DNA of 64,000 nt from the human T2T-CHM13v2.0 reference genome, Homo sapiens. The stretch lies in assembly GCF_009914755.1 (NCBI RefSeq), contig NC_060931.1; one strand, given 5' to 3'. Below are positions 25,264 to 38,357 of this stretch, one piece after another. The position numbers and the translations under genes were made by a program. Under the pieces are notes generated by a model, which ran no database searches, had not been told where the DNA came from, and saw only the letters and a list, made by a program, of their open reading frames with translations. The stretch's first letter is position 1. Each line of letters opens with the position of its first letter.

Positions 25264-28200
25264 CTAAACCAACAGAAGCAAAAAGATCCTCAGTAATTCC
25301 CAAATGTTTTGCACTGCATTGGCTGGCTGTAGAAAGGCACTAGAAGCTCAGATTAGCAAAGTAATCTTTTCTGAGTGCACTTAATATTTTCCCTGGTCTG
25401 TTCACCTTCAGTGAGTTACAGCCAATTTAGGAAACGGTCTTGGGAACAGTAGAATGTGATCAATGATACTTCAGTGAGTTCGCCCGCTCCTCCCCCATCT
25501 CTCTCCCCTACCCCCACGTGCACACATGCACGCACAAATCTGATTATAAAACACTGCCCTGGCAGACAGCATAATGAAAGCGAAAGCCCCGAAATCACTT
25601 TGGCTTCTGGTAAGAATTAATGTGCCGGCAGGGTTAGCATAAAAACAAACAGAAGAAATGTCATGGTGCACTTCAATAAAGACAGACATGGCGTTTACAG
25701 GAAATACGTTTAGCAAGTCTCATCCCAGACACACATTTACACATTTTATTAAAATGCCCATAGAAAGTAAAAAAGTTTTAACATGAAATAAAAAATAGAA
25801 ATTATTTCATTTATATCCCATGGTAGATTATTATTTTAAGTATCAACTGCTTTCCCTACGTAAATAGGGCCTAACAACTATGAGGCTGGTAACAGTATTT
25901 CCTTAAGATATGGCATAAAAGTATTAGATGCCATCACAACTTTCAATCTATTTCACCACTAAAGTTATTAAAAAGATTATTTGGCATCTTTCCAAAATAG
26001 TTGATGTTTTCTAATGAAAATATAAATTCTCCCATTTGAAGCGTTAGATTTGAATAATAACTTTAAAACAAACAGAAGGAACCTTGCAAAAATAAATGAC
26101 ATAGTAGGATAAAGGGAATATTCCAGGTGCCAAATATTAATCAACATTTCTAAACTGAAAAATAAGTTATTTGCATTTTAGAAGTTTTACATTGATGAAA
26201 ACGTTTCCTATTTTTTTTAAAAAACCTAATGACTGAAGATCTTCACAGAGCTTTCCCACAGACTCAGTCCTCTCAGCAGCAGGTCAAGGTCCACTTTGTC
26301 TCTGTATCCCCAGTGTAGGGCACAGTGTGGTGCTCGGAAAGCAATGACCAAACGAACCAGCTAACAAATGTAGAGGTGTTGAGGTGGAGGAAAAGCTGAG
26401 GTTTCTCAGGGATTGGTCTGGCCAGGCTAAGACCAGACAGGCTCTACTGCTGACTTTCTAAGAAAGACCCAGAGTGAGGAAGTAACACACATACCTGCTT
26501 AATAATTTGGAGGTGTCAGGATACTTCTACTTGGCTCTTTGTCCCCATTTTCTCCCTAATTGGGTCCCTTACCCAACTCGAGTTATTAACTCTATTTATT
26601 CAAGGTTAAATAACTCTATTTATTCAAGGTTGTCCATTGCCCTTGCCAAGGAACATTAAATTTTTCTATCTCATTCCTTCAGTGCTCTAATTCCTGTTTT
26701 CTAAGAAGATTAATCTATGTGAAAGTGATAGTAGGTACTGGTGTTTTCAGGTATTATTCTTCCCTTACAATGTTAGATTTTAACTGACATCTTTTGGTGA
26801 TGAAATATCTAAATCTATGATTCCAGTAGGACAATTTTAGGTGGTGTCAAGAGTTGGCAGGGGAGGCTTTTGAGGGTAGGATGGAGTCTGGCTTCTCTTG
26901 GAACATATTTCACAGCACCTATTTATTCCATCAAGGCATTGCCCAGGCCTGCCTTCTTTTCTGAAGGTGGCCTTGGACAGTGGTAGATTGAGCCGTGGGG
27001 ATGCACAGGAGGGAGCTACCTGAGAAGGCCACGTATGGGTGGCAGAGGAGGCATAGAGGATATTCAGAGTGGGGGTTTCCTCTACCGCAACAAGCCCCAC
27101 AGTAGCTACATGTCAGATCGTCCTCCTTCATGGGGAGCGGTAAAATCAATCTCATTATTTACTCAAAAATGCTGTGCAGCACCCAGTTGGTTATGTTTCA
27201 CTGACAGAATTACACAGGACTGTGGCCTGCTGAAGGACAGCACAGGAAAGGTCCAAGTAAGGCATGTACAAATGAAAGAAATGTGCAGGGGCTTCAGAGT
27301 CAAACATATAATTGCATTTAAAAATCGAAGCACTCTCCCTGACTTGGCTGTATGAAGCTACAGTGGTTACTCAGCCTCTCTCGTGGGGTTACTGGAAGTG
27401 TTAAACGAGATACCGTATGTAAATTACTCAGCACATACAGATCTGGTAATAAGTGATTAACATTATTATGATAGCTTAATATCCTGCAGACAACGTTACA
27501 TAAAATGTCTTTCCAGTAGACATATATCTGGACATAAAACTATTATCAGTAGTTTGGGTTAACCTACGTGGTATGCAGGTTTCTCAATTATACATACAAC
27601 AGGAGCCAGTGAGAAAGACCCGCCCCAGCGATGGCTCCATGAAGAGATGGGGACTCTGAGTTCCAGACACAATCGCAATCTGCTAGAGCCCACTTTTTCT
27701 AGATGACAGATCTGAAGTCTGGTACTCCTATTCAGAAGCCAATCCCAGGACTGAGGTCTTTAGGAACCACAGCAGCAATGAAATCACCCACTTAGGCATA
27801 GGTGTTCTTAAATTTTGGACTGAAAGTAACTTAAAGTGTGGGTTCTACATTTCTCCAGACTCTTTATCTTCAGTGGCAGCTGACGCCCCATCACCATGAC
27901 CCCGTTCTACACAGAGAAGGCAGGTCATCCATGCTTTTCTTCAAGGGAATGGAACGAAGTGTACCAAATGTACTGAAACAAGGGACTCTTTCTCCTTAAA
28001 TCCACCTAGGATGCATTTCTCAGCCTCATCTTCATATACTCACCGAAAAAGAAGAAATGAAATTAAAATTCGATGGGAGAAGGAGTCACCTATCTCAAAT
28101 CCCTTATTTCAGGGGCTTAGAAAGGGTTTCACTTAGGCAGGGTTTAGAATTCCTCAAGTTGGATTGAACTGAATTGCTCAACCCCTTTTTGATTTGTAAA

Positions 28201-28310
28201 AGTACTGTTACTTGGGAATTGTATCATTGGATAAGGGAAGAAATAATTTAATTTTTTTAACATTCATTATAAACACATAAAACCTATGCTTTATGTGGTA
28301 CGTGTGTTCC

Positions 28311-28605
28311 TTTTTTTTTTTTTTTTTTTTGAGACAAGGTCCTACCCTATCACCTGGGCTGGAGTGCAATGATGAGATCACAACTCATTGCAGCCTTGAC
28401 CTCCTGGGCTGAAGAGATCCTCCCACCTCAGCACACACCTAGGGACAACAGGTGTGTACTACTATGCCCAGTTAATTCTTAAGTTTTTTTGTAGAGACAG
28501 GGTTGCAAACTTCTAAGCTGGTCTCAAACTTCTGAGCTCAAGCCATCTTCCTGCCTTGGCCTCCCAAAGTGCTCAGATTACAGGTATGAGCCACCTCGCC
28601 TGGCC
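28311..28605 (-). mobile_element. Alu (AluJ-type)
   Basis: Poly-T followed by diverged Alu arms; lies about 34 nt from the exon donor at 28639. Confidence 0.9.
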
Positions 28606-28639
28606 TGTTTGTTTCAAATACAAGGCTGAAGGTCCTTAC

Positions 28640-28737
28640 CAAAGTGTCCGCCAGGTCTTTCCGGTAGACATATATTCGACCAGATGCCTCGAGGGATTTG
28701 GAGATGACTAAGTCATTTGGCTGAAGTTCATGCTTTT
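28640..28737 (-). CDS. RAPGEF5: RAPGEF5 exon (E)KHELQPNDLVISKSLEASGRIYVYRKDLADTL (RA-like region)
   Basis: AAG acceptor after a T21 tract, GTAAGG donor at 28634-28639; 98 nt; frame continuous with both neighbours. Confidence 0.94.
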
Positions 28738-29610
28738 CTTTATTTGAAAAAAAAAAAAAAAAAAAAAGGAATAATCAGAAATACAAGAGTAGCAGCAGTA
28801 GGCCTACACAGTACACTTAAAAAGTGAAACTTGCCAAAGAAAAATACTTAAAAGTAAATAGAACTTAAAGTGGATTAATTAAGTTCTGCACACTCTATAC
28901 AATGATACCAGTGGCATCACAAATAGCTCTCACTGCTCAGCGGTCAGAAAGTGGAGTCCTCTTGCAGTTATTTCCTATAACATTTAGTCATTGTTTGGAA
29001 CACAGAACAGTTTAAGACAAAAAGTAAAATTTACTCATCTAAGATAACAATACCATGTTAACACTGGTTACACTTAGGTCTATTTTTGTTCTGATTTTTA
29101 TATAACCATGTATATATATACACACACAAATAATTGCATTGATTTGCAATGATTTATGCATATGCATTTATAACTATTGCGGATACACATATACATTTGC
29201 AATTATTCCATAGTTTTATATTCTCATATTCTTATAAGCACTTTATCCACTTACCAAAATTATTTACATATGTCATGTTTAATTGGTTATATGATAGTTC
29301 ATTATACCATCATTTAATCTTTCCTCTACTGTTGAACATTTAATGGTTAATTTTTTTGGTCATATAAATTAGATGGCATGATGTGTGCTAAGTACTGGCA
29401 CGGGGCCTGGCACATAACTGGGGTTTGGTAAATGGGATCTATTATTATAGCTGCCACAATATATATTGCTGAAGTCAATATCCTTATGTTTAAATCTTTG
29501 TCTGCTTATAAATGATTTTCTTAAGACAGACACCCAGTATTAGAATTACTAGGTCAAAGGGAATGAATATTTTTAAAGTTTTTGATACAAACTACCAAAT
29601 TGTTTTCTGA

Positions 29611-29997
<387 letters not shown>

Positions 29998-32689
29998 CTG
30001 ATCATTACTTTTGGTAAGTTTACTATTTTGCTAATACAAAAAGTAGATTCTCTGTTTACTTTGTGTTTCTTAACTAGTAGGTTGAATATTTTTCATATAT
30101 TCCTCCTCTATCTTATTTCTCTTGTTGCAAATTGTTCCTATCCTTTGACCATTTTCTACCACAATTGGAGCCCTCTTATAACATAATAGCTTTCTTCCTA
30201 GAAAATGCCCTCCTCCTAACTACCAAATGCATATGGGAGTAGACTAAAGTCATATTAAAGTTTATTTCACTGTGACACAATCAACTTCTCCTAAGGTAGC
30301 TGTTCAGTTATGCAGCATGATTGGGAAATGCAATATTCCATATGCCTTTTCTAGATAATTGGCCCAAATGCAAAGTGTTGTTTTGAACATTTCTGTTTAA
30401 TGCAGAGTATACAAATAATAATCTAATATATTCTTTACGGCCCAGCATTATAAAGATCCACAGTACTATAATGTTGGGCTGGTGACATGTATAGCGGATG
30501 GTCTCACACAGCTGGATTCTTAAGTTCCATCTCCTGGGTTCCATCTGCTCCTTCTTTGTTCAGCTATAATTTCTTGCAGCCCTTTCTGTGCCTATGTATA
30601 CTTTAAATCTGAATTTATGAGAGCCATTTATACTTTATAGAATAAAATGTCATGACTTTCTGATAGCATTTTTCCATTTGCTGAGAAACATTTTTCCCCT
30701 TATTTTCAGGTTTGTCACTATAATATGAAAGATTAAAACTGATAGAATTTTAACTTCTGAATAACTGGGTAGTTTATTGTTACTACATACGTATAACTAC
30801 CCTGGGTAAAAAACAGCTAAAGACTTACTAAAGCTATGAGAATGATACTATTGTTCCTTTTAGAAAAATCCATAAAACCTCTAACATCTCTGATATCTTA
30901 AAACTTTTTTTTTGACAAAAACAAAGAAAAAACTCACCATTTCTTTTTGAAGTAGGACTAAAATATAATTTATTAAAAATTATGTAACTAGAACAAGGAT
31001 TGCATTAAGCTTTTGAGATTGTTTTCTTTGTGAAAACATTATTGTTTGGGGGATAAAAAGATGCAGGCAGAAAGGTTCTCTACAGAAAAAAGTAGAGGAT
31101 GGAAAATAATGGCACATTGCCAAATCTGTGGGATAATTCAAGAGATATGCTGATATTTCTAGTGATGATTAGCAATGGGTCTATAGACATTACAACGCTA
31201 TTGCCCATACTGATGAATCTAATTTAATAGAGTGTGAAAATGGTATTTCACAGCCACCAAATAGATATTGGGTAGTGAAAGAGCCGCTCATTAATTGCCA
31301 GCTTCTCACGAGGCCCTGGGTTGACTCTCAGTCAGCTCCCAAAGGAGACGGGTCTCAGTTTTGCTGCAGAGTTCATTCAGCTCTTCCTTCTCTGGCACCT
31401 TCTGTCTGAATGGGGACCCCAGGATCACTCTCTGTAGTGGTACTACCTTGAGAGGTGGATGCTTAAGCTTAATACTGCTTAATTAAGCAGTATTGATAAA
31501 GCTTAATACTGTTTAAAATCCTTTTATATTTTTGGTCACTTGAAAATTAAACATAACATACATTTATCATACCAATTTGAAATATATTATTAAAAATCGA
31601 ACCACTCTCTGATTAAAAGTCATTTAGGCCATATGTTTCTCAAATTCTTTTTTCTAGATCATGTTTTGCTAAGATATACAATTAGAGCCCTGGGAGAGGT
31701 GGAGGGATTCTTATGTATTAGGCCCAGGGAGAAGGGCTTCATTTGCATACGTAATCAACCAGCTTGTAGGACCATTTTACCTGCCTGTGAGCAACAAAGC
31801 CATAGGAACAAGATACTTTACCCTCAAGTATATTCTGATATTCATCTCCCAACTGCAGAATGATAACAAAGGGTAAACAGGAATGCGGTTAATCTGCTCC
31901 CCTCCCCTGCCCGCATCTCTGGTTAATTAGCCCCCACAGTGCTCACATTTTTCAACTACTGATGCTAAGTCACTTTCTTTGTATTTTTTTCTCAGGGTTA
32001 AGGAGATATTAAATAAAGATTGCAAACCAAAAAAGGAGGCCAGCAACATTGAGATCTGACAGGCTCCAGTGAAAACGAAGAGGTCTGTTCAAGCCGCATA
32101 GATCAATAGTGTCAGCTTGTAATCTGTGTGATCTTATTCAAAACAGACAATAAACCATTCTCTGAGGATACATAAGGCCCAACAGAAGGAGAAGTTGTAA
32201 CCAGGCCTCACTCCCCACGTCCACCTAAAGGAATATTGCCGTGTGAGCTTTCAGCTTATTGTACAGTTTGTCTTTCAATAGGGAGTCTTTAACTATTAAA
32301 TTGTCAGCCCGCAATAGGACTGGTTCAAGGCCATCTTTCCTTTTTTTTTTCCACCCCAAAGTAATTTCACTCTTTAGCAATTTCCCAAGTTAATTTAAAT
32401 AGGAAAATAGAAGGCTTATCTAGAGTACAAAATATGAAAAGCTTTATAATGTATTTCAAAACACTGGCATGCCTCTCTATTCAGTTCTTGGGGAGGAAAT
32501 TCAGTATCCCACAGTACCCAACTGTTGTCATGGAAACACTTCTGGTAGGCAGCTTCTTATTGTTACTGTGGTCATCCAGCTGCGGGCCCAGAAGGGAGGA
32601 GCTGCACTTTTACTCTACAAAAATGTCACCTCCCTCCTTTTGAAGGAGATCAGTGAAAGATTAATATTCAAGGGTAGAAAACAACTTAC

Positions 32690-32839
32690 CCCCAGAGAAT
32701 GTGATGGCCACCAGAGCCAGATCCTCTTCTGCATACTGGATCTTTTCTGCCACGACTTTTAGGATCTCTTGGGCTATACTGGAAACTTTTGCCTTCACAC
32801 TGACATAGGAGTGCTCTGTTATATACACGTGGCAGAAAA
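32690..32839 (-). CDS. RAPGEF5: RAPGEF5 exon (I)FCHVYITEHSYVSVKAKVSSIAQEILKVVAEKIQYAEEDLALVAITFSG(E) (RA-like region)
   Basis: CAG acceptor (AG at 32840-32841), GTAAGT donor; 150 nt, phase 1/1; visible in ORF 32661..32909. Confidence 0.96.
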
Positions 32840-35044
32840 CTGCACAAGTGAAAAGAATTGTTTGGAAACAGAGAACAGTGGTCACGAGGTATAGACTTTT
32901 CCAAATCAAGGCACCTTGATCAACTTTTCTAAATCAACCCACCTGGCTATTCTCTTCAGTATAACACATACAGAGTTAGATTTTTTATATATGTACATGA
33001 GCACCTGAGGGTATACGTCTATAAATGTGTGCTTGCAAACACATGAAACTCAGATGTTGTAAAGCCAGCCAACAAGCACAAGTAGTATTTAATCTTTTCA
33101 TTATGTAATGAGAGACCCGAGTCACGCAAGTGTGTACTCACTGTAGAAACCATCTGACCATAATACAGTGGAAACTGTGGTACACAGACTGTATTTTTAA
33201 ATCCCTTCTTTGACAGTTGCTGAGATCTCCCAAAGCTGCATATTAAAGTGTCTAATTCATAAATTTTTCCTTTACACTCCATTTCAGGACAATCTCAGTG
33301 GCCCAATCAAGAACACCGTATTTTGCTATTAGAATTCTCATAAGCTTATCTAAAAATCTGTCATCTGCCTTGGTTTTTGAGTTCAGCTTTCTCAGTCATT
33401 TAAGAATGCCTCCATTTCTCCCATCAAGGTAGTGATGAATTTAGTTTCCAAATGGAGGTCACATTTCTAGTCTTTTTAATTTCCTTTTTATTGTCTGTGG
33501 TGCTAATAATTATTACTAGGACATTATCACTATCAGGGTGAATGGGTCCTGAAAAATGTTTTCTTTATGATATTAATAGCAGAAGCTGTTTTAATAGCAA
33601 TGGAAGTAACTGACACATTACCTCTTATATCAGCTACTATAAATGTATAAAATGCACTAGCTTCTTTCAAATAGACAGAAGGACAATAATATACTTAGAT
33701 ATTCTACTCTTTGGTGTTGCAAAAAAATTGAGAGTGAAGCTTCTGGAGAAATTTTATATGCAGTTTAATTGGCACCACAAAAATAAACCCAGGAATGTTT
33801 TCATAGAAATACAAATGAAGCAAAAGTCTAACTATGAGTTTATATGTATAGAACCTCAAAGTAAACACACCACCAGGAGACACTTGACATATTTGGTTTG
33901 GTTGGGTACGTCACTAAAACAACAGCATGTAACAAATAGTTGTTTTGTATTTTGCCAATAGACTAGTGAGAGAGAAAAAGGCTTTCCTCCTTCCATAGAA
34001 AGATGGAATTTTTAAGCAAGGCAAAATCTGGTCTATAAACCACTATATGCAGGGTAAGTTTACATCTTGCTAAATAAACTGATAAAAAGAGTCTGGGGGC
34101 CTCGAAATACTTTGCCTCTTTGCAGCTCAGCTTGGAAAACTACACGATGAAACTTTAAGACAAATGGGCAAGGAAGGTCAGCAACGAATGAATTAGGAAG
34201 TTAGATAATTTTATTTTCTCTTTCACTTGGTACGGATGACACTTAATATGAGCCAACAGAACCATGTATCAGCAGCATTATATGCAAACACTATCTAATG
34301 TAATAAGCATCCTTGTGACTTCTTTTACAAGTTCCAGAAATTGGGCAAATATTAAATGATCACACTCAGAATTTCAGCATATGAAGAAAGATGAGGCAAA
34401 AGAGAGAGTCTGTGAGTTATAATTGCATTAAAATTTTAATTTGCTGTGTTTTCCAGCTCTGTGCTTGACTCAATCTTTATCTAAAAGGAGAAAACCACTG
34501 TTAATATTTCTTATTTCACGCAAATAAGCAGTGACTGAGGACACAGTAGATGGGCAGCACTGCCCACACAGCCTGGCCTTGCAGGAGCTTCTACCGTACA
34601 GCCTTCTCTCCACAGGAGTTTCTTCTCGTGGACTGAGTCATGGACTGACTCAGCCCAAATCTGCACATTGACTTTGGTGATCCTTCCAGTTAGTCATAGA
34701 CAATGGGCTGATGAAGGCAGGGAGGAGATGGTTCTAGGAGGAAAAGGCTGAGTCTCCCGTTCATTTTTACCTCTTCTCAAGAATGCAAGGAGGCTCTAGG
34801 CATTGTCTCCTTTCCTTGCTTCCCAAATTATAAGTATCCTTGGTGCTTGGGACAGTATTATGTGATCTAAGAAAACCATAATGCTCAAATAAAGAAAAGA
34901 AAAACCATGCTGTTTGAGGCTAACGTGCTTATCTGAGGGGTGACAGCTGGAAATGAAGGTTAGTCAGGCTGATATGCCAATGTAGGAGAAAAATGGTGGC
35001 TAACTGCTGCCCACCCCCAAACCCTCACTTCAAACCATACTCAC

Positions 35045-35123
35045 TTTCCTCCGTTTCAGTCACAGTTCCTCTATGCTGGAGCCAGTTCTCCTTAAGACTG
35101 AATTGGTGGAAAAGGGCTTTATT
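35045..35123 (-). CDS. RAPGEF5: RAPGEF5 exon NKALFHQFSLKENWLQHRGTVTETEE(I)
   Basis: CAG acceptor, GTGAGT donor at 35039-35044; 79 nt. Confidence 0.95.
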
Positions 35124-36089
35124 CTGTGAGATGGGAGAAAGAGAACAATGAATGAATACATTCCTGCCCTTTGGAAAACCATAGCTGTTTACAATATGTT
35201 CCAAAAGAACTAGCCAAATTTTTTTTTAATATGAAATCCACCCATCCAATCTTAGAGAAATAAACTGGGAGTCGCCTCAACTAATGCAAGTGGTGGTGGA
35301 GATTCTGAGCAATCTGATGGGCCTGGGCTAAGGCCAGCAGCAGGCCAAAAGCCCCTATATTTATTCCCTGCAACATGATTTTTCACATCTGGCTATTACA
35401 AACATCCATAGAGTCTCCTGAGATAAACATCATTTCCCCATTCCAACATTAACCTATAAGGTATAAGTTATCACAATCCGATCCTCTGCTATTACATTTT
35501 TCATGGAAGCAACTTTGAGATGGTTTCAGTACCTCTGCTGTAGTACAATGACTTTCCTAAGGGACACAGGCATGCTGTTCATTATGATTATCCACCTGAT
35601 ATAGCTGTGTCTCCCAAACTTGTGCCTGACATCTCAGTCCATATTTCTCCCTCATCAAATTGGACTGAGAACACATTCCCACTTGCTACCTTCTCTTTCG
35701 GTTGTATTAAAAGTGCAAATATTTTCTTTACAAGACTTCTTTCCTCTTAGAGTCAAGATTCCTTCTACCTGGATTTTGTTTTTTGACATAAACATTATTC
35801 AAATTTATATCACTCCAGGGATAGCAGGGAGTCCCAAGACTCTAAAATGCACCACAAAATCAGCAGAATGTCAAAAAGCCAAGGGTACACAGCTAAAATC
35901 GGATCTGCACCAGCACAGGGATAACTAAAGCAAAGCAGGAAAGCGCAGGGAAGCTGCAGCCCCAGGCGCCCCGCCTTGTCGTGTTCTGCTCGAGGCAGTA
36001 TTCATTTTAATTATGAAACACGCCAAGGGAGGCAAGGCAAGGTCTCCAAACCGGATCACCTAATTTTAGGTATAGAAGCATCTGCTTAC

Positions 36090-36120
36090 CTTTTTTTGTG
36101 GTGAATATTCATCTACAGTG
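36090..36120 (-). CDS. RAPGEF5: RAPGEF5 31-nt small exon (H)TVDEYSPQKK
   Basis: CAG acceptor (AG at 36121-36122), AAG|GTAAGC donor; needed to bridge a phase-2 donor to a phase-0 acceptor. Confidence 0.93.
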
Positions 36121-36867
36121 CTGGAAGGAAAAATGGCAAGAAGTCAGTCTTTGTCTCAAACCCAGAATAATGCAGTTATTGTTACGGAAGACTAATTTTC
36201 CAGCACTAGGCAGAGGATTTTGCTCTTTAAAAAAAATAAAACACAGTATTCATTAATTCACTATGTACAACACATTTGACATTGGGCTCTGAATTTCAAA
36301 TGAGCCAGGAAGTAAAGAAGTTACGGATTCAACAGATGTACTTTGCCTTCTACCCACAGAAAGTGAAGCTCAGAAGTGAGGGAGGAACTGGATCTGCTCA
36401 GTCCATGGGAACTCAGTCCACAGAAATGAGGATTTTTTAAAATTGCAATATTCAGTCCATAGAAATAAGTTTTCTCATACAGTGATAGTGACAGATTTTA
36501 GGTGAAATTATTGCTATTTAGATAGCTAAGTCATTCAGCCAAGGCACATCTTCTCCAGGATGTGTCTCTGTGTGGTGGAACTGGGAACACTCTGCCCATC
36601 TCTGATCATCTCCGCAGATGCCCACCTTCAAGTGCCCTCTGAAGGCCAGCTCCACTTATGAAGGAGCCAGTACTGGGGCCAATTTCATACATCATTAGGT
36701 GAACTATAAATTAAAGGTATCAATCTTGCTCTCAGAAAGAAACACTTTCTCCTCTATTTGTGTACTGGGGCTAGAGAAAAAAAAGTCATGAGTTTTACAT
36801 TTAGGGCTTGAATCTTACTCTAGAATCTAAAGCTATTTCATAATCTTATAAAAATAGACAAAAATCA

Positions 36868-37166
36868 TTTTTTTTTTTGAGACAGAGTCTCACTCTCTCA
36901 CCCAGGCTAGAGTGCAGTGGCGTGATCACTCTTCACTGCAGCTTGACCTCCAGGGCTCAAGTGATCCTCCTGCCTCAGCCTCCCAAGTAGCTGGAACTAC
37001 AGGCATGTGACACCACGCCCAGCTAAGTTTCTATTTTTTGTAGAGACGGGGGTCTCACTATGTTGCCCAGGGTAGTCTTAAACTCCTAAACTCTTGGACA
37101 CAAGTGATTCTCCCACCTCTGACTCCCAAAGTGCTGGGATTATAGGTGTGAGTCACTGTGCCTGCC
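36868..37166 (-). mobile_element. Alu (AluJ-type)
   Basis: Alu reverse complement; degenerate TSD caaaaatcattt / caagaatcattt. Confidence 0.9.
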
Positions 37167-38060
37167 AAGAATCATTTCTTAATATCATTTTCTTATTTTA
37201 CTTTATTATTTACCATTTTTGTGTAGCTTTTAAAATGGAATGTATTAAATTTCCATTAATGTATTTGATGAAATGTGTTTACATGTATTAAACCATGAAA
37301 TAAAGTTTCCCAGCTGTAACAGGTCTGCCTCATAGCACAGAGCAATTTCCATATGGGGAATTATTTTGAGGACAAGGTTGTCCTTTTTTTCTTTTTTTGA
37401 TTTCATTCATTAGTTCATATTTTCATATAGGTCTTAGGCTATGGAAACATAACATAATGTAGACTGCAATAAAAGAAGACCACCAGCATTTACAACATCC
37501 ATCTCTAAGGTACAGTGCTAACTTGCACTTTACTTTTAAATCTCTCAATGTAAGATTTTGATGATTGAGGACTATACACATGGTTTGCTACCTCAGATTA
37601 ATTTGCAATGAGGTCTCCCTTTACTAAAATTAAGTCAAGCTTTAAATCACAAATTAGTAATCTGAAAGGCTTGAATTAACATTTTCTGAGAGGTGCAATT
37701 TGTGACTGTTGAAATCTTAACAGAAGCTTTTCACAACTTGACAATGTATGTGCTTTATGTTTACGAAATAGAAACTGCACTGTGAATCAGATAACAATTT
37801 TCCCTTTTAGATGAACTCTGTGGCTAAATCTGAAAACTGAATGACTTGATGTTTTCTTTTACCAAAATTAGTAAGGGGACTTAATGGTAATATCACTAAT
37901 AGTAAAGTTGGGTGTTGCCAATCTGAAAGATTAATGACAGATACCTAGGGGACACTTAGACATGCCAAGAGTCATTGAGTAAATGGCTTTTTAAAGTCTT
38001 TCTAAATTGATAAAGAAACCTCAGGGAACCCATAAAATTGAGCTTTTAAAATGCTCCACA

Positions 38061-38357
38061 GGCCGGGTGTGTGACTCACACTTGTAATCCCAGCACTTTG
38101 GGAGGCTGAGGTGGGCGAATCACCTGAGGTTGGGAGTTCAAGACCAGCCTGGCCAACATAGCTAAATCCCATCTCTAACAAAAATACAAAAAGTAGCCAG
38201 GTGTGGTGGCGCACCTCTGTAATCCCAGCTACTTAGGAGGCTGAGGCACGAAAATCGCTCGAACCCAGGAGGTGGAGGTTGCAGTGAGCCGAGATTGCGC
38301 TGCTGCATTCCAGGCTGAGCAGCAGAGTGAGACTATGTCTCAAAAAATAAAATAAAA
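38061..38357 (+). mobile_element. Alu (AluS-type)
   Basis: Starts GGCCGGG, (TAAAA)n tail; TSD taaaatgctccaca / taaaatgttccaca. Confidence 0.94.
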
